Source: Tubiluchus corallicola
Taxonomy: Eukaryota > Animalia > Priapulida
DNA: 6,379 nucleotides
Direction of reading: 5' to 3'
Assembly (NCBI GenBank): GCA_030141605.1
Contig: JAQGDQ010002407.1
Span: forward strand, 1 to 6,379
Made by a program: the position numbers and the translations under genes. Every line of letters starts with the position of its first letter. The first letter of the stretch is position 1. Shown here in pieces: positions 1 through 4,644 of the stretch. A model generated the notes under the pieces. It made no database searches. It was not told the origin of the DNA and was given only the letters and a program-made list of their open reading frames with translations.

Positions 1-974
1 TGGCTTAATGTATTCTACGATTACAAAATATTCCTGTTCATCACCGTTTCCTGCTGTCACAACATAGGTTACCTCGTGATTGAAATCTGGAGTCGCCCCA
101 TCTTTTGTGCTTACAGTTGCATCATCTGATACTGTTATCTCAGGGTTCAATGAGGCTAAATTAATGCCAAAAGGAATTTTCGCTGTAATTGTATAGTTGC
201 CCGGTGAAATCTCTCCCGCCACATCATCATTTAATCCTGGATTATCTCCTTTCTTAAATACAAAGCTCTTAATTGCAGTTCCTTTTCTTTCTCCTACTTC
301 AACTTTCACATTGTAAGTCTGTTCGTCGCCATTTCCTGCTATTACAGTGTACGTAACAGGATTTGTAAAGCCGACCACTGTTACTTCACTTATTTGTGGT
401 TCTATTCCTATCTTTGCTTGAGCTTCATCAGGCAGCTCAAAAGTGGCTACTAACTTTGTTCTATCTGTACCGAAGGGAACGGTTTAAATTGATATTATTC
501 CCTGAAATATCTCCGGCATCTACATCTTCAGTTAATGATGCGTCTTCATTTTTGTCTGCCTTAAAAGCAAATTTAGTGATCTTGTTTTCTGTGTTTTTTT
601 CTTTGTCAACTGTTACATAGTAAACCCGTTGGCTGTTATCTTCTGCTATTACAGTGTAGGGTTTATTATTTGTGAAGCCTCTTTCCACACCGCTTCTCGG
701 GGATATACTTGCTTTCTCCGAGATATCTATTGTTGGTTTTAATGAAGTGATTTTTGTTTTATAAGGTACTATTAGTCTAATGTTAGTGCCTACAATTTCT
801 GTGGGCTCCACATTATCAGTTAATTCACTATTGAGGTCGTGCTCAAAAACAAATTTTGTGATCGCTCTTTCACTGGAGGGGAGAGGAATCTCCTCTTTCT
901 TGGCTGTCTCTTTGTTACACCCCAATAATGTAAAAATAGAGAGTAATAAATGAATAAAAATAAAGTGATTTCAT
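1..974 (-). pseudogene. Gene C: surface lipoprotein with tandem Ig-like (DUF5018-like) repeats. 3' end lies beyond the left edge. Two apparent frameshifts (true lesions or sequencing errors).
   Basis: The frame of ORF 461..925 extends upstream as NHFIFIHLLLSIFTLLG-C (lipobox Cys 917-919) but reaches a TGA that overlaps an out-of-frame ATG at 974 (context TAAAAC-ATG-AAA). Removing one base from TTT 483-485 turns ...NNINL-NRSLRYR* into ...NNINL-TVPFGTDRTKLVATFELPDEA..., which stays open to position 1 (...VTYVVTAGNGDEQEYFVIVEYIKP). Three repeats of the type 'I.(K/S)F.F...VP(Y/F)...L...F...YTV.A..G...Y.V.V' are visible. Confidence 0.85.
461..925 (-). CDS. Uninterrupted middle fragment of gene C (lipobox, first Ig-like repeat, start of the second)
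   Basis: ORF track 154 aa. Its repeat (RAITKFVF...IVPYKTKITSLKPTIDISEKASISP...YTVIAEDNSQRVYYVTV) is clearly homologous to the stalk repeats of gene B. The TTG start and the last 7 residues appear to be artefacts of the frameshifts. Confidence 0.7.
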   Translation of the reverse strand: MGCNKETAKKEEIPLPSSERAITKFVFEHDLNSELTDNVEPTEIVGTNIRLIVPYKTKITSLKPTIDISEKASISPRSGVERGFTNNKPYTVIAEDNSQRVYYVTVDKEKNTENKITKFAFKADKNEDASLTEDVDAGDISGNNINLNRSLRYR

Positions 975-994
975 GTTTTAGAATGTTTAAAATG

Positions 995-1002
995 CAAAAA
1001 TA
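995..1002 (-). promoter_or_regulatory. Candidate Bacteroidota -7 promoter element for gene C
   Basis: Minus strand reads TATTTTTG, matching TAnnTTTG, 20 nt upstream of ATG 974. There is no TTTG -33 box at the expected distance; the palindrome AGTGGCCACT (1020-1029) sits there instead. Confidence 0.4.
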
Positions 1003-1031
1003 CTGAGAAAACATTTATAAGTGGCCACTCC

Positions 1032-1121
1032 TTTTACATATTTTATATCTTTTTATGTTTTATTGTTCTTTTCTATGTTTTATATCTCCTTTTAGCTGTT
1101 TTCTTTACATTCTTTTGTTTT
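1032..1121. repeat. Low-complexity region of roughly phased T4-5 tracts (A-tracts on the minus strand)
   Basis: T runs of 4 or more start at 1032, 1041, 1050, 1058, 1069, 1078, 1090, 1099, 1113 and 1118. Short direct repeats TTTTATATCT (1041, 1078) and TATGTTTTAT (1054, 1074) are present. Confidence 0.6.
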
Positions 1122-1156
1122 GATGTAAGAGAGGCGAAGGATCAAGTTCTTTTTAA

Positions 1157-1182
1157 GTTCTTTTGTCATGACACAAAAGAAC
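1157..1182. repeat. Perfect 10-bp inverted repeat with a 6-nt spacer
   Basis: GTTCTTTTGT (1157-1166) - CATGAC - ACAAAAGAAC (1173-1182). No U-tract follows on either strand. Confidence 0.7.
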
Positions 1183-1224
1183 CCCAAGATCAAGCCTGTA
1201 AATTCTTTTGATGAAAAACTATGC

Positions 1225-1259
1225 AAAAAAACCCGTGCCTTTGCAGTAAGCACGGGTTT
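1225..1259 (-). terminator. Rho-independent terminator of gene B
   Basis: Minus-strand RNA reads CCCGUGCUU-acugcaa-AGGCACGGG (9-bp GC-rich stem with one G:U pair) followed by U7, about 40 nt after the stop at 1296-1298. Confidence 0.9.
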
Positions 1260-1295
1260 AAATAATTATTAGTAAGTATACTTTTGCCTCTTTTT

Positions 1296-2906
1296 TTAGT
1301 TCCCCTGCCAGTAGAGAGTAGGCCACTGTCCATCACTCTCCCACTTCCATGGGTTATCATCACTGTTACCAAAATTCCAGTCGACGAAAACTTCAGCATC
1401 AGGATCCTGGCCCGTATCATAATATTTGCCTTCAGTTTTTCTCAGGTTAGAAGCAGCAGAAACACCTGTTCCTGCACTCGATCTTTCGCCCTGCTCTGCG
1501 CTGGCTATATCCCAGTAGCTGTTGGTAGTCGAATTATTTCCTTGATCGCCTCCAAACCCTCCTGTATAACCATCATCTTCTCCTGTAACTTTACCTGTAG
1601 CATAACACCTTTTTACTAAGGCATCAGAATAGTGTAGACGCCCAAAAAATCCTCCTACGTATAGTTTCCCTTCTACATTGCCTGTGGCATAACTATCCTC
1701 AATATCTCCCCTGTAAAAACGTCCTACCAGACCACCAGCATATCCGCCATCTCCAGTCCCCTTTACATTGCCTGTGGCATAACTTCTGTAAACCATGACA
1801 TAATGATCGGGAAAACTCTGACCAGCTACTCCCACCAGGCCACCAACATAATTACTTCCTGTAACATCTCCCGTGGCATAACTATTTTTAATATAGATGT
1901 TTGTATAAGTGTTAGAGTCAACATATCCCGCCAAACCACCGACAGTACTATTTCCCGTTACATTGCCTGTAGTGTAACAGTTGTTAACAGAGCTACTTCG
2001 ATCAAGTTTTCCCACCAGGCCACCGACAGTATTATTTCCCGTCACATTGCCTGTAACATAACAGTTGGCAGCAAATACACCACTAACTACAGCGAGCCCC
2101 GCCAGGCCACCAACGTAATCACCTCCCGTCACACCGCCATTCGATATTTCTATACCCACATTATTGATGGCCGAAGAGCCAGAAGCATAGCCAATCAGAC
2201 CTACATATTTTATATTTCTATCTATAAAGAAATTTTTTATCACAGACCCATTCCCATCAAGTGTGCCTTTAAAACTATCACGCCCTCTGCCCAAAGGATC
2301 AAAGCCTTCTGCAGGAAGCTCCTCCGGGAAAGTGCCTCCTGTTTGGGAGGGGTCAGGCAGCTCTATATCATTCATCAAAGTGTAATGACCTGATAAATCG
2401 TCCTTCATCCCCTGCAGATCCTGCCAGCTCCTTATCTTATACTGCTCTTTGGTTGTGCTATGGCTAAATTTATCACTTTCTATGGTTAATTCAATGTCAA
2501 CATTGCCATTCGGTATAGACTTCCAATCAGAAATACTCAGCGTACTGCCTATTGTACCATTACCGTCTTTTACTTCTACTGTACCATTTGCAGTTTTATC
2601 TGCTATCTTCAATGTGTAATTGTAGCTCCCCTCTGCTATATCACTTATCTCAAACAGATCGGGCTTCTCAAAGTCTCCAGCTCCTATACGATTATCTCCA
2701 TTATAATAGCTTACTACAGTGAGAGAGATTGCTTCTAAAACCGTTACAGTATATTCCTTCTTACTACCATCATCCGCCGTTACTGTATACTCTACAGGTT
2801 CCGTAAAGTTATTCTGATTATCAGAATATATTTCTTTTCCGTTATGTTTAATAGAAGGAACAAGATTGCTCCTGTCAGTCCCGTAAGGAACTGCAAGGGT
2901 TATCAT
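1296..2906 (-). CDS. 3' part of gene B: GLUG-motif repeat protein (adhesin-like beta-solenoid head) with linker and a partial Ig-like repeat
   Basis: N-cap YKIRSWQDLQGMKDDLSGHYTLMNDIEL...FKGTLDGNGSVIKN, then about 7 repeats of '(N/S)(C/S)YATG.V.G...VGGLVG', then YWD and the cap WNFG...NPWKW...QWPTLYWQ. It has no signal peptide and starts mid-repeat. Confidence 0.85.
   Translation of the reverse strand: MITLAVPYGTDRSNLVPSIKHNGKEIYSDNQNNFTEPVEYTVTADDGSKKEYTVTVLEAISLTVVSYYNGDNRIGAGDFEKPDLFEISDIAEGSYNYTLKIADKTANGTVEVKDGNGTIGSTLSISDWKSIPNGNVDIELTIESDKFSHSTTKEQYKIRSWQDLQGMKDDLSGHYTLMNDIELPDPSQTGGTFPEELPAEGFDPLGRGRDSFKGTLDGNGSVIKNFFIDRNIKYVGLIGYASGSSAINNVGIEISNGGVTGGDYVGGLAGLAVVSGVFAANCYVTGNVTGNNTVGGLVGKLDRSSSVNNCYTTGNVTGNSTVGGLAGYVDSNTYTNIYIKNSYATGDVTGSNYVGGLVGVAGQSFPDHYVMVYRSYATGNVKGTGDGGYAGGLVGRFYRGDIEDSYATGNVEGKLYVGGFFGRLHYSDALVKRCYATGKVTGEDDGYTGGFGGDQGNNSTTNSYWDIASAEQGERSSAGTGVSAASNLRKTEGKYYDTGQDPDAEVFVDWNFGNSDDNPWKWESDGQWPTLYWQGN
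1305..1395. repeat. Direct repeat block 3 (C-terminal cap), shared with 4657-4747
   Basis: 91 bp with 8 mismatches (~91%). It encodes EVFVDW.FG..DDNPW.W..DGQWPTL.WQ. Confidence 0.92.
2299..2461. repeat. Direct repeat block 1, shared with 5939-6101
   Basis: 163 bp with 6 mismatches by manual alignment (~96%). It encodes STxKEQYKIRSWQDL...EELPAEGF. Confidence 0.95.
2634..2724. repeat. Direct repeat block 2, shared with 6289-6379 (may continue past the window edge)
   Basis: 91 bp with 5 mismatches (~95%). Confidence 0.93.
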
Positions 2907-2941
2907 TTTTTTGTCATGGTCTATTTCTCCTACTACATCAG

Positions 2942-4216
2942 CTAAAAGAGGATTGTCCCAGCAAGAAAGTTGAACTCTATTATATCTTTACGTGTGCTTG
3001 AAGCAATTGTCACCCAATACTCCTGCTGAGTTTTCCCATCCTGAGCTGTTACTGTGTATTCTATAGAACGTGTAAAGTTTTGAGCCTTATCCACAGAGGG
3101 GAAAATGCTCGCACCGTCGGATATCTTAATATCCGGAACTATTATGTTTAAATCTGCTCCAGATAAAGCAGTACCTGTAATTGTGCCGTTAACATGATCA
3201 ATCACCAGCTCATCTTCTTCCACAACTCCACCAAGCTTAAACTCCTTGATCCTTGCATCTGTAACTTTATCCACTTCGAGTACAACAGTGTAATCATGTG
3301 TACTTTCATTTTTAGCCGTTACTATGTAGTGTACATTACTGGAAAAGTCCTGCGGGGCACCACTGACAGGATCAATACCTACTCCTGTGTAGGAAATAGT
3401 GGGGGTAAGCTCGCCAATAGCCTTGTAAGATACAGTGGCTGATATTGTTGATCCTTCTATCTTTCCTACTACATCCTCTCCATCCAATACAAGATTGTTC
3501 TCCGCTTCAAAGATAAAGCTGACAATCCCTTTACTATCCTCAGAATCAACCTCAACAACAGCAGTATACTCTTTTGTGCTACCATCAATTGCAGTTACAA
3601 TATATGATACATCTTCGGTGAAGTCCTGCGCCTCTTTGTTATCGGGAGAGATAGATGCACCCTGATATCTGATAAAAGGTACCAGATTCTTCCTGTCTGC
3701 CAGAAAAGGAACTGTAATCTCTATAGTTCCGGCTGACTCATTTATATCTCTCGAAGTTATATCCTTCTCTAGGGATACATTATCATCAGCTCTAAATGTA
3801 AAGCTGGTAATGATTTTTGCACTGCTGGGGACTAGATATACAGTTACAGAGTAGGGCTGAGTGCTCCCATCCTCTGCCTCTACAATATACTCTACAGGGT
3901 CGGTAAAATCCTGATTAACACTGCTCTCAGGTGTTACTCTAGCCTTATCGGAAACAACAATTTTACTAGGGGCAAGACTGGATATATCAGTCTCGCCTTC
4001 AATCATAGTAATAAATATAGTGTGATTCTCATTATCAATCTCCGCTTTACCAATGCTACCCTCTACTTCAAACTCAAGAATCTCTTTTTTATCAGAGAGA
4101 AGTCCTACTTCCTGTTTTTTGCATGTTACTACAAATAAAAAAGATGTAAGCAACAAAAATGAAATCACCGAATTTCTCTTAATAGTCCTTTTCGTTCTCA
4201 TAATAATCCCTTCCAT
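2942..4216 (-). CDS. 5' part of gene B: lipoprotein signal peptide plus four complete Ig-like (DUF5018-like) repeats
   Basis: MRTKRTIKRNSVISFLLLTSFLFVVT-C gives a basic N-region, a hydrophobic core and Cys at 4121-4123. The true start may be ATG 4201. Repeats end in DFTDPVEYIVEAEDGS, DFTEDVSYIVTAIDGS, DFSSNVHYIVTAKNES and NFTRSIEYTVTAQDGK. Confidence 0.85.
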   Translation of the reverse strand: MEGIIMRTKRTIKRNSVISFLLLTSFLFVVTCKKQEVGLLSDKKEILEFEVEGSIGKAEIDNENHTIFITMIEGETDISSLAPSKIVVSDKARVTPESSVNQDFTDPVEYIVEAEDGSTQPYSVTVYLVPSSAKIITSFTFRADDNVSLEKDITSRDINESAGTIEITVPFLADRKNLVPFIRYQGASISPDNKEAQDFTEDVSYIVTAIDGSTKEYTAVVEVDSEDSKGIVSFIFEAENNLVLDGEDVVGKIEGSTISATVSYKAIGELTPTISYTGVGIDPVSGAPQDFSSNVHYIVTAKNESTHDYTVVLEVDKVTDARIKEFKLGGVVEEDELVIDHVNGTITGTALSGADLNIIVPDIKISDGASIFPSVDKAQNFTRSIEYTVTAQDGKTQQEYWVTIASSTRKDIIEFNFLAGTILF

Positions 4217-4302
4217 AAGAGGTTAAAATTAATGAATTTCAATAATCGTGTATGCCTTTAAAACAATAATTAAATGAACACTTAACTCAAATCCTATCAG
4301 AA

Positions 4303-4334
4303 CAAATTTATGATAAGCAAAATATTTTTGCAAA
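4303..4334 (-). promoter_or_regulatory. Bacteroidota housekeeping-sigma promoter (-33/-7) for gene B
   Basis: Minus strand reads TTTG (4334-4331) - 20 nt - TAAATTTG (4310-4303), an exact match to TTTG-N19-21-TAnnTTTG, about 90 nt upstream of the start. A second TAnnTTTG (TATATTTG, 4338-4331) overlaps the -33 box. Confidence 0.7.
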
Positions 4335-4562
4335 TATAACAACCATTTTACATTTAATTGCTATGTTATTAGTTAAATTATCTTAAATTGCTGTGTGTCG
4401 GAAGATACAATGAGTATTTCACTGACAAGTAAAAAGAGGAGTCTTTATTATTATAGTATAAATTATGAATCAATTAAATATTGTCAAAAATAATCTCTCA
4501 AACCCTATTAATCTAATGGTGTACCATAAAAAAAGAGCATGCAAAATGAGTGGCCTATTTGT

Positions 4563-4586
4563 GTCATAGTGTAATTACATTATGGC
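4563..4586. repeat. 24-bp imperfect palindrome downstream of gene A
   Basis: GTCATAGTGTAA|TTACATTATGGC has a perfect core TGTAATTACA (4570-4579). Both mismatched pairs would be G:U in a plus-strand RNA. Confidence 0.6.
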
Positions 4587-4644
4587 GTATTCTGATCATT
4601 ATTAATAGGTTTCCATCCAATCTTGCCCCTTTTTAATCCTGTTT

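Larger units (their letters stand above)
1296..4216 (-). pseudogene. Gene B as one unit: ~970-aa lipoprotein with 5 Ig-like (DUF5018-like) repeats, a linker and a GLUG-repeat head, interrupted by one apparent 1-nt deletion
   Basis: Adding one C to CCC 2957-2959 joins the two ORFs as ...KDIIEFNFLAG-DNPLLADVVGEIDHDKK-MITLAVPYGTDRSNL... This restores a fifth repeat matching repeats 2 and 3 (FTFRADDNVSLEKD..., FIFEAENNLVLDGEDVVGKI...). The joined product would be 973 aa from ATG 4216 or 968 aa from ATG 4201. Confidence 0.85.

Noticed and set aside
820-1014. 64-aa minus-strand ORF as a separate gene or as the true start of gene C
   Set aside because: It overlaps gene C out of frame, and ATG 1014 lies upstream of the candidate -7 element. 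ATG 974 gives a more typical signal peptide length, although a start at 1014 plus one added base cannot be fully excluded.
1032-1194. CRISPR array or IS/MITE in the intergenic repeats
   Set aside because: There are no regularly spaced 23-47 bp repeats with unique spacers, no transposase, and no long terminal inverted repeats.
1190-1619. ORFs 1190..1420 (-) and 1284..1619 (+), which resemble 4602..4787 (-) and 4663..5049 (+)
   Set aside because: They are alternative-frame or antisense shadows of the duplicated C-terminal cap. Their similarity follows from DNA repeat block 3, and 1190..1420 runs through the terminator.
2942-2990. Programmed -1 ribosomal frameshift joining the two halves of gene B
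   Set aside because: There is no canonical X-XXY-YYZ slippery heptamer in the overlap and no obvious stimulatory hairpin. A simple indel explains it better.
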